Assembly: GCA_950097015.1 (NCBI GenBank)
Contig: CATNEN010000032.1
Coordinates: forward strand, 558,001-622,000
Source of the DNA: Macrostomum hystrix
Lineage: Eukaryota > Animalia > Platyhelminthes
Reading direction: 5' to 3'
DNA: 64,000 nucleotides
In this document: in pieces, positions 23,631-44,643 of the stretch
Position numbering within the stretch: the first letter of the stretch is position 1
Layout of the letters: each line of letters opens with the position of its first letter
Position numbers and translations under genes: made by a program
The notes under the pieces: model-generated
Databases searched by the model: none
The model's input: only the letters and a program-made list of their open reading frames with translations
Told to the model about the DNA's origin: nothing

Positions 23631-24659
23631 CTAATTTAATGAGTTTTCTAAATGCCAATTTAATAAGCCTTCAGGTGGGCTAGATAGTGAATTTCAATTA
23701 AAAAGTGACGGAAGCCGTGCCTGCCTGGCTGGCTGGTTAAACGCGCGTTAATTTTCTTGTCAAATAATTGTCTGCAAATAAATTTAAAAAATGTGTCACG
23801 AACAACTCCTTACTTACAAGCTGGCACAATTATTTAATCGCCTATTATCTGACAGGAAATATATTTGACACGATATGTCCCTCCGTGAAGAGGGATTTTA
23901 GGACCGTTTTTCTCTTTCCTGTTGAAGTCAAATTTGATCCCAAAAGGACAGGGATCCGAGAATCAAGGTTTCCGCACAGCGGGGGTTGCCGTTTTGCTGC
24001 CCAATAAACTGCCCGTTCTTGGGATCTGGGAAAAAACGGTAGGGACAAATTGACAGCTTTTTTGTCAGACAAAACTTCGACACGGACAATACCTGGGACA
24101 CAGAGCATAAGAAAGATTTCTCCCAACCAGAGAGGTTCACAGCTCTTGGAAGCTTTTTCAAGCTGGAAATCGTTTGAAAGATTAGAAAGGAATTTAGGGG
24201 GAGTTTTTAGAAAATTTTATCAGAAAATGCAGAAATTCAAACTGTCTGCAATGCCTATAGACTCATAGAACACTAGTTTCACCATTCCAGGCTTTCTTTT
24301 CGACATTGCTCTCGGTAATTTCAAGCAGAAGGTCAGGCTAAGTCATAGAAAAAGTTTACAAGGACTTGGTCCAGACCACGGCAGCAAATAGTTTTCACCA
24401 ATTAGTCCTGGGTGTGTAATTAGAAAGCTGAGATGGCTTGATAACGAAATGACTGGCGACTTTATCTTGCTTCTGTTTTCATGTGGACTTCTAAACATAT
24501 CCGACCAATCGGCATCCAGAACACGGCCAGAAAACTTTCCCCTGAACCCGATTAACCAACTTCCAGAATCACGAAACATCAGCATCGTCAGTGTCTGATG
24601 ACAAAAGCCACCATTATAGGCATCATTTTTCTGCTCATCACGCAACCATTTCGGCTATT

Positions 24660-24990
24660 ATTGTTATTAATAAAATTTATTTTTTATATTATAATAATTG
24701 ATTACATCTGTCCCGATCGCGCCAGATGTGCAGCCGACAGCACAGCCGCAGCTATTGCGCGGCGCATCTGAAGACTGCGTACAGCTGTTCAGTCCATGGA
24801 CTGGGGGGACGCCACACCCACCTTCAATTATCCCAGCTAATGCTGGAACCCATTTAACAGCTGGGTGAACTGAAGCAATGCAGAGTTAAGTGTCTTGCTA
24901 AAGGACACAAATTGTTCCAGTGGAGTCGGGAATCGAACCCCCGACCTTCAAGCCGTGAGTCCGACGCCCTAACCACTAGGCTACAACCTT
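24660..24990 (-). mobile_element. tRNA-derived CORE-like SINE, apparently near full length
   Basis: Minus strand: A box TAGCCTAGTGG, B box GGTTCGATTCCC, then GTGTCCTTTAGCAAGACACTTAACTCTGCATTGCTTCAGTTCACCCAGCTGTTAAATGGG (CORE-like), a 3' body and an A/T-rich tail near 24660-24690. Confidence 0.8.
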
Positions 24991-25793
24991 CATTGTATAT
25001 TGTAGCCATATTAGCCTTCACTAGGCTACAATAATATTTAACTATTATTATATTAGTAAATACACTCGTAGTATGAATTTGCCATAGGTTTACACAGAGC
25101 AATTCAAGTTGTCCTTCAGAAAATCGGTCATTCAGTTTGGGAGCTGTCGTGAAGTAGGCAGTAGGTATTTGAAACACCCCCTGGTCTTTCACAGTGGCAA
25201 AAATAGCGGCATCTTTCTACTGTTAAAAAAAGAAAACAAATTAAAGCTTATGCCTAGAAATAGAAAACTTTAGATTTTCTCAAACTCACAAGCTTGGACT
25301 AAAATATAGACAATATTGTTCAGCTATTTAATGAAACAATGACTTCCCATGCAACTCGCCAGTAACGCCAATAAATACGAGATGTGTGATGAACTTTAGG
25401 ACTGGATTTATTATTGAATAGGGGAATAATTTCCGAGTGGAAAATTTAATAAACCTCAAGGATGTGATCGCGGTGGGGCAATAAATCTTACACCACAGGA
25501 AGGACTGGAGATATTTCTCCAGCTCAAACCGCCAGAGAGCACAGGGGAGCTGAAGGGAGAGATGAAATGATGGTCAAAGTGAGCAGACTTTTGAGCACAT
25601 GCTCAAGCCAAGCTCGCCAACCTCGAAGGAAATTGGCTTTGGGTATAATAAAAAAAGCTGTCAGCTAAGAAAAACTGGCATATCCTACGAGCATTCTTTA
25701 TATACCGTGTGCTACTGGCTCAGGCCTTATCTGTAATTGCAGTGCTTTGCTGAGGTCCGTCAGTAAAGCTTAGCCGCTGTCAGCGTAGATTAC

Positions 25794-33036
<7,243 letters not shown>

Positions 33037-33419
33037 GGCAACCAAGAAGGAGATCGGAGGAGTTCTAACGGTGGGATATTTTTAACCTTTTGATCAATCA
33101 GTTTTACAGACTCAGCTTAGCTGACAAATGGGGGCTATTTGTCTGATCTGACGCGGTCAGGTTTCATTAAGCCATGTGAGTTTGAATGCAGTTCAGAATG
33201 ATTTGAGAGGATTAAGCAGTGAGTATTTAAATAAGCCGACTAATAGACTGTAAGGAATGGTCCTCATTGGCTGGATAGAACTGTTGGCCAATCAGATTGT
33301 TTCTTTGCTAACTTGCCTGCAACCGAATGGCTTCATTTTGAAGAGACTCTAGATCAGCTAAAGCATCGAGTTTTTATTTTATACATTGCTACAGGAGAAA
33401 TCCGGCTCACAGTCGAGAT

Positions 33420-34140
33420 TGTGGGGTCACAGTGGGTGACAGTGGGTGACAGAGGTGACAGTGGGGTGACAGAGGTGACAGTGGGGTGACAGTGGGGTGA
33501 CAGAGGTGACAGTGGGGTGACAGTGGGGTGACAGGTGACAGTGGGGTGACAGAGGTGACAATGGGTTGACAGTGGGGTGACAGTGGGGTGACAGTGGGGT
33601 GACAGGTGACAGTGGGGTGACAGAGGTGACAATGGGTTGACAGTGGGGTGACAGTGGGGTGACAGTGGGGTGACAGAGGGGTGACAGAAGTGACAGTGGG
33701 GTGACAGAGGTGACAATGGGTTGACAGTGGGGTGACAGAGGTGACAGTGGGGTGACAGAGGTGACAGTGGGGTGACAGTGGTGTGACAGAGGAGACAGTG
33801 GGGTGACAGTGGGGTGACAGTGGGGTGACAGTGGGGTGACAGAGGTGACAGTGGGGTGACAGAGGTGACAGTGGGGTGACTGTGGGGTGGTCCAGTGGGG
33901 TGACAGTGGGGTGACAGAGGTGACAGTGGGGTGACAGTGGGGTGACAGTGGGGTGACAGTGGGGTGACAGAGGAGACAGTGGGGTGACAGTGGGGTGACA
34001 GTGGGGTGACAGTGGGGTGACAGAGGTGACAGTGGGGTGACAGAGGTGACAGTGGGGTGACAGAGGAGACAGTGGGGATACAGTGGGGTGACATTGGGTT
34101 GACCGCGAGATGACAACGAGGTGACAGAAGAGACAGTGGG
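33420..34140. repeat. 10/20-bp G-rich minisatellite (GTGGGGTGACA / GAGGTGACA)
   Basis: Tandem units with GGGG runs. Confidence 0.94.
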
Positions 34141-34624
34141 GTGCCGTATGATGCACAGCATCAGAATGTCAGGCTCCCAGAGCCAGATGCACCAGACAGG
34201 AAATATTGAAGAGAGACAAGGACCTCCCATTCCCGGAGGGTTGTCTTCGCAGAGGCAAAGAATCTGCTGCAATAAACATACTGCGCAATGTCTGCACCAG
34301 GTGAAGGCGACGCAATGGCCCTCATCAAATTGTGATGACTTCTTCGCTGAAGACATCTCCTTCAACCCTGGCCGTCGAACCTAGCAGTGTTTATCCTCTG
34401 TCTCCTCTCCTTCTTTACTCCCCACTGCGACCTGTTCCCGTGGATTTTTCCCGTCTGTTTACAACCAGTTGACGGAGAAAAGTCAGCAAGGCGGAATCTA
34501 ACTCGCACGCGGTCACGGAGAAATCCAACAGTGATCTTGAAGCATTTTAGAAAAAATACCATTTTTAACTGGGCTAGGAAGGAAAAATTTAACTAAATCT
34601 GAATTCCTTCACTGCCATTCAATT

Positions 34625-37600
34625 CTGATGCATGAGCTCTCTCTCTCCCTGATGTATGAGCTCCCTCTCTCTCCCTGATGCATGAGCTCCCTCCCTCTCT
34701 CCCTGATGCATGAGCTCCCTCTCTCCCTGATGCATGAGCTCTCTCTCTCCCTGATGCATGAGCTCCCTCTCTCCCTGATGCATGAGCTCCCTCTCTCCCT
34801 GATGCATGAGCTCCCTCTCTCTCTCCCTGATGCATGAGCTCTCTCTCTCCCTGATGCATGAGCTCCCTCCCTCTCTCCCTGATGCATGAGCTCCCTCTCT
34901 CCCTGATGCATGAGCTCCCTCTCTCCCTGATGCATGAGCTCCCTCTCTCCCTGATGCATGAGCTCCCTCTCTCCCTGATGCATGAGCTCCCTCCCTCTCT
35001 CCCTGATGCATGAGCTCTCTCTCTCTCTCTCCCTGATGCATGAACTCCCTCCCTCTCTCCCTGATGCATGAGCTCCCTCTCTCTCTCTCCCTGATGCATG
35101 AGCTCTCTCTCTCCCTGATGCATGAGCTCTCCCTCTCTCCCTGATGCATGAGCTCCCTCTCTCTCTCTCCCTGATGCATGAGCTCCCTCTCTCCCTGATG
35201 CATGAGCTCTCTCTCTCTCCCTGATGCATGAACTCCCTCTCTCTCTCTCCCTGATGCATGAGCTCCCTCTCTCCCTGATGCATGAGCTCTCCCTCTCTCC
35301 CTGATGCATGAACTCCCTCCCTCTCTCCCTGATGCATGAGCTCCCTCTCTCCCTGATGCATGAGCTCTCTCTCTCCCTGATGTATGAGCTCCCTCTCTCC
35401 CTGATGCATGAGCTCCCTCCCTCTCTCCCTGATGCATGAGCTCCCTCCCTCTCTCCCTGATGCATGAGCTCTCTCTCTCTCCCTGATGCATGAGCTCTCT
35501 CTCTCTCCCTGATGCATGAACTCCCTCTCTCTCTCCCTGATGCATGAGCTCCCTCTCTCTCTCCCTGATGCATGAACTCCCTCTCTCTCTCCCTGATGCA
35601 TGAACTCCCTCTCTCTCTCTCCCTGATACATGAACTCCCTCTCTCTCTCTCCCTGATGCATGAACTCCCTCTCTCTCTCTCCCTGATACATGAACTCCCT
35701 CTCTCTCTCCCTGATGCATGAGCTCTCTCTCTCTCTCTCCCTGATGCATGAACTCCCTCTCTCCCTCTCCCTGATGCATGAACTCCCTCTCTCTCTCTCC
35801 TTGATACATGAACTCCCTCTCTCTCTCCCTGATGCATGAGCTCCCTCTCTCCCTGATGCATGAGCTCTCTCTCTCTCCCTGATGCATGAGCTCTCTCTCT
35901 CCCTGATGCATGAGCTCCCTCTCTCCATGATGCATGACCTCTCTCTCCCCCTGATGCATGAACTCCCTCCCTCTCTCCCTGATGCATGAGCTCCCTCTCT
36001 CTCTCCCTGATGCATGAACTCCCTCTCTGTCTCCCTGATGCATGAGCTCTATCTCTCTCCCTGATGCATGAGCTCTCTCTCTCTCTCCCTGATGCATGAA
36101 CTCCCTCTCTCTCTCCCTGATGCATGAGCTCCCTCTCTCTCTCCCTGATGCATGAACTCCCTCTCTCTCTCCCTGATGCATGAGCTCTCTCTCTCTCCCT
36201 GATGCATGAGCTCCCTCTCTCTCTCCCTGATGCATGAGCTCCCTCTCTCTCTCCCTGATGCATGAGCTCCCTCTCTCTCTCCCTGATGCATGAGCTCCCT
36301 CTCTCTCTCCCTGATGCATGAACTCCCTCTCTCTCTCCCTGATGCATGAGCTCTCTCTCTCTCCCTGATGCATGAACTCCCTCTCTCTCTCCCTGATGCA
36401 TGAGCTCTCTCTCTCTCCCTGATGCATGAGCTCTCTCTCTCTCCCTGATGCATGAGCTCTCTCTCTCTCCCTGATGCATGAGCTCCCTCTCTCTCCCTGA
36501 TGCATGAGCTCCCTCTCTCTCTCTCCCTGATGCATGAGCTCTCTCTCTCTCCCTGATGCATGAGCTCCCTCTCTCTCCCTGATGTATGAGCTCCCTCTCT
36601 CCCTGATGCATGAACTCCCTCTCTCTCTCCCTGATGCATGAGCTCCCTCTCTCTCTCCCTGATGCATGAACTCCCTCTCTCTCTCCCTGATGCATGAGCT
36701 CTCTCTCTCTCCCTGATGCATGAGCTCCCTCTCTCTCTCCCTGATGCATGAGCTCCCTCTCTCTCTCCCTGATGCATGAGCTCCCTCTCTCTCTCCCTGA
36801 TGCATGAGCTCCCTCTCTCTCTCCCTGATGCATGAGCTCCCTCTCTCTCTCCCTGATGCATGAACTCCCTCTCTCTCTCCCTGATGCATGAGCTCTCTCT
36901 CTCTCCCTGATGCATGAACTCCCTCTCTCTCCCTGATGCATGAGACTCCCTCTCTCTCTCCCTGATGCATGAGCTCTCTCTCTCTCCCTGATGCATGAAC
37001 TCCCTCCCTCTCCCCTGATGCATGAACTCCCTCCCTCTCTCCCTGATGCATGAGCTCCCTCTCCCTGATGCATGAGCTCTCTCTCTCCCTGATGCATGAG
37101 CTCCCTCCCTCTCTCCCTGATGCATGAACTCCCTCCCTCTCTCCCTGATGCATGAACTCCCTCCCTCTCTCCCTGATGCATGAATCCTCTCTCTCTCTCC
37201 TGATGCATGAGCTCTCTCCTCTCTCTCCCTGATGCATGAGACTCCCTCTCCTCTCCCTGATGCATGAGCTCCCTCTCTCTCTCCCTGATGCATGAACTCC
37301 CTCTCTCGTCTCCCTGATGCATGAACCTTCCTCTCTCTCTCTCCCTGATGCATGAGCTCTCTCTCTCTCCCTGATGCATGAACTTCCCTCTCTCTCTCCC
37401 TGATGCATGAGCTCTCTCTCTCTCCCTGATGCATGAGCTCTCTCTCTCTCCCTGATGCATGAGCTCTCTCTCTCTCCCTGATGCATGAGCTCCCTCTCTC
37501 TCCCTGATGCATGAGCTCCCTCTCTCTCTCTCCCTGATGCATGAGCTCTCTCTCTCTCCCTGATGCATGAGCTCCCTCTCTCTCTCCCTGATGTATGAGC

Positions 37601-40140
37601 TCCCTCTCTCCCTGATGCATGAGCTCCCTCTCTCTCTCCCTGATGCATGACTCCCTCTCTCTCTCTCCCTGATGCATGAACTCCCTCTCTCTCTCCCTGA
37701 TGCATGAGCTCTCCTCTCTCTCCCTGATGCATGAACTCCCTCTCTCTCTCCCTGATGCATGAGCTCCCTCTCTCTCCCTGATGCATGAGCTCCTCTCTCT
37801 CTCCCTGATGCTATGAGCTCCCTCTCTCTCCCTGATGCATGAGCTCCCTCCCCTCTCTCCCTGATGCATGAGCTCCCTCCCTCTCTCCCTGATGCATGAG
37901 CTCTCTCTCTCTCCCTGATGCATGAGCTCTCTCTCTCTCCCTGATGCATGAACTCCCTCTCTCTCTCCCTGATGCATGAGCTCCCTCTCTCTCTCCCTGA
38001 TGCATGAACTCCCTCTCTCTCTCCCTGATGCATGAACTCCCTCTCTCTCTCTCCCTGATACATGAACTCCCTCTCTCTCTCCCTGATGCATGAACTCCCT
38101 CTCTCTCTCTCCCTGATACATGAACTCCCTCTCTCTCTCCCTGATGCATGAGCTCTCTCTCTCTCTCTCCCTGATGCATGAACTCCCTCTCTCCCTCTCC
38201 CTGATGCATGAACTCCCTCTCTCTCTCTCCTTGATACATGAACTCCCTCTCTCTCTCCCTGATGCATGAGCTCCCTCTCTCCCTGATGCATGAGCTCTCT
38301 CTCTCTCCCTGATGCATGAGCTCTCTCTCTCCCTGATGCATGAGCTCCCTCTCTCCCTGATGCATGAGCTCCCTCTCTCCATGATGCATGACTCCTCTCT
38401 CTCCCCTGATGCATGAACTCCCTCCCTCTCTCCCTGATGCATGAGCTCCCTCTCTCTCTCCCTGATGCATGAACTCCCTCTCTGTCTCCCTGATGCATGT
38501 GCTCTATCTCTCTCCCTGATGCATGAGCTCTCTCTCTCTCTCCCTGATGCATGAACTCCCTCTCTCTCTCCCTGATGCATGAGCTCCCTCTCTCTCTCCC
38601 TGATGCATGAACTCCCTCTCTCTCTCCCTGATGCATGAGCTCTCTCTCTCTCCCTGATGCATGAGCTCCCTCTCTCTCTCCCTGATGCATGAGCTCCCTC
38701 TCTCTCTCCCTGATGCATGAGCTCCCTCTCTCTCTCCCTGATGCATGAGCTCCCTCTCTCTCTCCCTGATGCATGAACTCCCTCTCTCTCTCCCTGATGC
38801 ATGAGCTCTCTCTCTCTCCCTGATGCATGAACTCCCTCTCTCTCTCCCTGATGCATGAGCTCTCTCTCTCTCCCTGATGCATGAGCTCTCTCTCTCTCCC
38901 TGATGCATGAGCTCCCTCTCTCTCCCTGATGCATGAGCTCCCTCCCTCTCCCTGATGCATGAACTCCTCCCTCTCTCCCTGATGCATGAGCTCCTCCTCT
39001 CTCTCCCTGATGCATGAACTCCCTCCTCTCTCCCTGATGCATGAACTCCCTCCCTCTCTCCCTGATGCATGAACTCCCTCCCTCTCTCCCTGATGCATGA
39101 ACTCCCTCCCTCTCTCCCTGATGCATGAACTCCCTCTCTCTCTCCCTGATGCATGAGCTCCTCCTCTCTCCCTGATGCATGAGCTCCCTCTCTCTCTCCC
39201 TGATGCATGAGCTCCCTCTCTCTCTCCCTGATGCATGAGCTCCCTCTCTCTCTCCCTGATGCATGAGCTCCCTCTCTCTCTCCCTGATGCATGAGCTCCC
39301 TCTCTCTCTCCCTGATGCATGAACTCCCTCTCTCTCTCCCTGATGCATGAGCTCTCTCTCTCTCCCTGATGCATGAACTCCCTCTCTCTCCCTGATGCAT
39401 GAGCTCTCTCTCTCTCCCTGATGCATGAGCTCTCTCTCTCTCCCTGATGCATGAGCTCTCTCTCTCTCCCTGATGCATGAGCTCCCTCTCTCTCCCTGAT
39501 GCATGAGCTCCCTCTCTCTCTCTCCCTGATGCATGAGCTCTCTCTCTCTCCCTGATGCATGAGCTCCCTCTCTCTCCCTGATGCATGAGCTCTCTCTCTC
39601 TCCCTGATGCATGAACTCCCTCTCTCTCTCCCTGATGCATGAACTCCCTCTCTCTCTCTCCCTGATGCATGAGCTCTCTCTCTCTCCCTGATGCATGAGC
39701 TCCCTCTCTCTCCCTGATGCATGAGCTCTCTCTCTCTCCCTGATGCATGAACTCCCTCTCTCTCTCCCTGATGCATGAACTCCCTCTCTCTCTCTCCCTG
39801 ATGCATGAGCTCTCTTCCTGATGCATGAGCTGTCTCCCTGATGCATGAGCTGTCTCCCTGATGCATGAGCTCTGTCTCCCTGATGCATGAGCTGTCTCCC
39901 TTATGCATGAGCTGTCTCCCTGATGCATGAGCTGTCTCCCTGATGCATGAGCTCTGTCTCCCTGATGCATGAGCTGTCTCCCTGATGCATGAGCTGTCTC
40001 CCTGATGCATGAGCTGTCTCCCTGATGCATGAGCTGTCTCGCTGATGCATGAGCTGTCTCCCTGATGCATGAGCTCTCTCCCTGATGCATGAGCTGTCTC
40101 CCTGATGCATGAGCTCTGTCTCCCTGATGCATGAGCTCTC
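34625..40140. repeat. 5.5-kb compound satellite: constant core CCCTGATGCATGA(G/A)CT plus variable (CT)n spacer, roughly 200 units
   Basis: Direct reading; the minus strand lacks stops, giving the 468-1825 aa artefact ORFs. Confidence 0.97.
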
Positions 40141-41284
40141 TCATTGATGCCTCATGAATGGGCCCCCCATCCCACATGAAGAATGAGCTAGTTGATTCGC
40201 TAAGTGACAGTCAACTCAAAATTAGCCTTGTCGGTCAGCCACAAGCGGTCATTTGCCGACACGCACATTTAGATATAAGTAAATATGTATGACCGTAATA
40301 TATTACTCATAGTCTCCAGGCGAGTATACAATCGCAGCAAACATAAGATTCAGATAGAGCAAGAGGGAGATAGGGACTCATTACAAAGAGGCTTTGTATG
40401 ACAAACAAAAGGACACTGAATGACGCGGGATAAATGAAATAAAAAACAAACGCTATGTACAAGGGAAAGCGGGGTGCTTCCTGCTCCACCTCGGTCAGGA
40501 GTTCGAATCTGCTCTATAAACGGTTGCTGCAACTTTGGGAAGAGGGACAGGTGTAAGTGGCGAACATTGCATCCAGGAATCATGTGACGGCGAATCCGAT
40601 TGTAAGAATAAAATCAACAATAAGTACGCACATTTATCTGACAGATAGGGCACTAGCAACAACTAAGACGCACACACACTTCTCGAGTGCGATGCATTGC
40701 CGAAAGGGCGTAAAAAGGGGGGAAACTCGGGGTTGATAGCAGTCACTTGTACACTAAATGAGCAATGCTTAGGGGGCAGCGGTAAAATATTACAAATATT
40801 TACAGACACAAATTCCTCTATGCCAGAATTTAGACACATGCAGATGCGTAAGCAACTACTGCGAGGAGTAGCTGCGAAATCAGCAAATTCAAATTTGTTG
40901 CGCTCGAAAAAAAAATTTAATTTCCAATCCTCTTGGGGAGAAAATGTTCACCAAACAAAAAGTACTAATTTCGGCTCAAAACAACACTTGAGAGGAAAAG
41001 AAAAACTAGAAGCACACTGCAGTCTTTTAATGGGCCAGCATCTTAACTTTTGTGTAATAACCTGCTGCGACTAAATTAGGATTAATTAGAAATTGGCTTG
41101 ATGATTCACCCAATCAGATAGTTAAATTAGATTTCATAGTCATGGGGAAAGTGAAATGATTTCCTAGAAATTGAAATTATTTCTAAGAAAGTAAGATGAT
41201 TTCCTAAAATCATTGACGATTCATGACTTTATTGAAACTCATAATAGACGAAATTTGATTTCTTAGAAGCTTAGAATCGACGAA

Positions 41285-42145
41285 ACTAGATTTCATGAAA
41301 ACTGAGAATCAAAAATCTATATTTCATGAAAACTGAGAATCGACGAATCAAGATTTCGTGGAAAGTGAGAATCGACGAATCAAGATTTCATGGAAACTGA
41401 GAATCGACGAATCAAGATTTCATGGAAACTGAGAATCGACGAGTCAAGACTTCATGGAAACTGAGAATCAAAAATCAATATTTCATGAAAACTGAGAATC
41501 GACGATTCAAGATTTCGTGGAAAGTAAGAATCGACGAATCAAGATTTCATGGAAAGTGAGAATCGACGAATCAAGATTTTATGGAAACTGAGAATCGACA
41601 AATCAAGATTTTATGGAAACTGAGAATCGACAAATCAAGATTTCATGGAAACTGAGAATCAAAAATCAATATTTCATGAAAACTGAGAATCGACGATTCA
41701 AGATTTCGTGGAAAGTGAGAATCGACGAATCAAGATTTCATGGAAAGTGAGAATCGACGAATCAAGATTTCGTGGAAAGTGAGAATCGACGAATCAAGAC
41801 TTCATGGCAAGTGAGAATCGACGAATCAAGATTTCGTGGAAAGTGAGAATCGACGAATCAATATTTTTTATGGAAACTGAGAATCGACGAATCAATATTT
41901 TTTATGGAAACTGAGAATCGACGAATCAATATTTTTTATGGAAACTGAGAATCGACGAATCAATATTTTTTATGGAAACTGAGAATCGACGAATCAATAT
42001 TTTTTATGGAAACTGAGAATCGACGAATCAATATTTTTTATGGAAACTGAGAATCGACGAATCAATATTTTTTATGGAAACTGAGAATCGACGAATCAAT
42101 ATTTTTTATGGAAACTGAGAATCGACGAATCAATATTTCACGGAA
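41285..42145. repeat. 32/34-bp AT-rich minisatellite (GAGAATCGACGAATCAAGATTTCATGGAAACT)
   Basis: Degenerate on the left, near-perfect 34-bp units from about 41850. Confidence 0.94.
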
Positions 42146-42259
42146 ACACTCAAGTCATGGTAAATGATATTAGCAGAACTTTTAGCAGTGCATTCCTGAC
42201 AAAAATTAAGTTTGCTGGGCCAGAGAGAATAACTAACTAAGCGGCACAATGTCTAGTTT

Positions 42260-42302
<43 letters not shown>

Positions 42303-43324
42303 AAATAGCTGCAGAATACTGCCAAAGCTAGCCAAAAAATTGTCTCAGCAGTATAGTTCTAGAAAAGTGTCAATCGTGAAAAATTGCATGCGTTGGTCGA
42401 CAAAATTAGTATAAAAACAGAGATCTAAAACAACAACAGTGAAATCCGTTTGATAATAAGGAAGCAAGGAAGGCGATTTAAAAACGACCAACTCAATTGT
42501 TCAGTTAACTAAAATTAGCCAAATTATAAGAAACAAAGCATAAAATGCACACACTTAAACTGCAAACAAGGAGCAGAACTTACGAAATCAGAACACTTCC
42601 GTCTTTTAAGTTGCGACTGGTTAAAAAATAAAAACTTACAATTTGAGCGCTTAGGTGTTTTAAAAAGGAAATAATTAAGGCATACACAAAGCCTAGGGTT
42701 GACGAAGGCCCAGTTAGTTTAACACAATCAGACAATAATAAGTGACTCGTCTCAATCATCAAGCTACTAATCGCCCTGAGATTTTAAACGCTTCGCAAAA
42801 CAAGCGCGGAGAAACAGACAGATCGGCGGGCGGCGGTATTGCAATATGCAGCCTACTATGAGTAGTACACAATAGAAAATACTATATTTAGTTAACACTC
42901 TAATCAGTTTCGATTGAATTTGATAATCAATCAGACTAAATCAATCGATTGGTTGCGATCACAGTCTCGCGCAGGTTGCATACACACAGATTGACTAAAT
43001 TGCATGGCTATTAACATCTCAAACAAAACACAGAGCAAGCAAGCAAGAAAGCAGAATTGTTACAAGATAAGCAATAGGGTGCATTGGAATGGACAGAAAT
43101 GAGTGAGTGAGGCCATTCTTAATGGCTAAGAATCGATTCTTCTAAAATTAACGAAAACCAATTCGAGCTGAGATTGTTTGAATTGGCGCCAAAAAATAAC
43201 AAAAAACGCTTTAACAAAACGCTTTTCTCAGCTCAGGGCAGGGTGATGGCAAACTTACAACTCGCGGGCCAAAATGAAAATTAACACAGCAGACCCAATA
43301 AATAGAATTGCTGTGCTGAGACAC

Positions 43325-43925
43325 AAGACATGAGACTGGGGAGAGAATAGACTGGGGAGACATGAGACTGGGGAGAGACGAGACTGGGGAGACATGAGAC
43401 TGGGGAGACATGAGACTGGGGAGAGACGAGACTGGGGAGAGACGAGACTGGGGAGAGGTCAGACTGGGGAGACATGAGACTGGGGAGACATGAGACTGGG
43501 GAGACATGAGACTGGGGAGAGACGAGACTGGGGAGACATGAGACTGGGGAGACATGAGACTGGGGAGACATGAGACTGGGGAGACATGAGACTGGGGAGA
43601 CATGAGACTGGGGAGACATGAGACTGGGGAGACATGAGACTGGGGAGACATGAGACTGGGGAGAGACGAGACTGGGGAGAGACGAGACTGGGGAGAGACG
43701 AGACTGGGGTGAGGTCAGACTGGGGAGACATGAGACTGGGGAGACATGAGACTGGGGAGACATGAGACTGGGGAGAGACGAGACTGGGGAGAGACGAGAC
43801 TGGGGAGACATGAGACTGGGGAGACATGAGACTGGGGAGACATGAGACTGGGGAGACATGAGACTGGGGAGACATGAGACTGGGGAGAGACGAGACTGGG
43901 GAGAGACGAGACTGGGGAGAAATGA
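43325..43925. repeat. 16/18-bp minisatellite (GAGACTGGGGAGACAT / GAGACTGGGGAGAGAC)
   Basis: Tandem units. Confidence 0.95.
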
Positions 43926-44400
43926 GACACGGGGAGATGAGACAGTGATGGCACAGTGATGAGACAGTGATATGAAGCAGGGGAAATGAGACACGTGAAG
44001 ATGAGACACGGGTGAGTAAGAGAGAAGTGTTAGAAGGGGAATCAGAAGCGCTGGCGACCGTATCTGGACGCTGGCCGAAGTTGCCGAGCCCCTGTCCTCA
44101 ATGAGACAGATGAAGCTGAAAACTGTACAATTTTATACCCCATAAGGATGCGATTAAGATCACAAGGGAAGCAAAAGTGAAGATGTGTGCAGAAGGAAAT
44201 AGCAAAAGGCAATAGAGGAAGCAAGGCGGCTTCCGCTACTCATCGTCGGGTATATAAGCAAGCATTATTTAAGAAACCAATTAGATTTCAAAGCTGTCTG
44301 TGGAGCAGGGTTTTGGGCTGAGCTCTGCCTGTGAACAAAGGAAGCCGAGAAGTCACGCTAGCAGTGATTTTTCTGTAGGCCTTTGAATTTTGGGCGAAAC

Positions 44401-44602
44401 TCAAAACGGATACCGATGACTGAGCTGAGACGGAGGGCCATAGGGAGGGCCTGGCGGCGGGGCCATGCTGTAGCCAGCACTGTGCTGCTGCTGCTGCTGC
44501 TGCTGGTAGGGCGAGTAGCCAGGCGGTTGGTAGAGGCCATAGGCTTGGTGGTTCTGATGCTGCTGGTGCATCGGATGCTGCATAGGCTGCTGGTAAGGCA
44601 GG

Positions 44603-44643
<41 letters not shown>

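Noticed and set aside
24920-24990. tRNA gene on the minus strand
   Set aside because: A and B boxes are present but acceptor, anticodon and T stems pair poorly and a CORE-like domain follows; it is a SINE head
34593-40177. 468-1825 aa minus-strand ORFs (MHQGERE...)
   Set aside because: Variable (CT)n spacers shift frame constantly; stop-free satellite artefact
44416-44424. U12-type donor GTATCCGTT in the last zinc finger exon
   Set aside because: It mismatches the strict GTATCCTT consensus and the frame ends normally a few codons later
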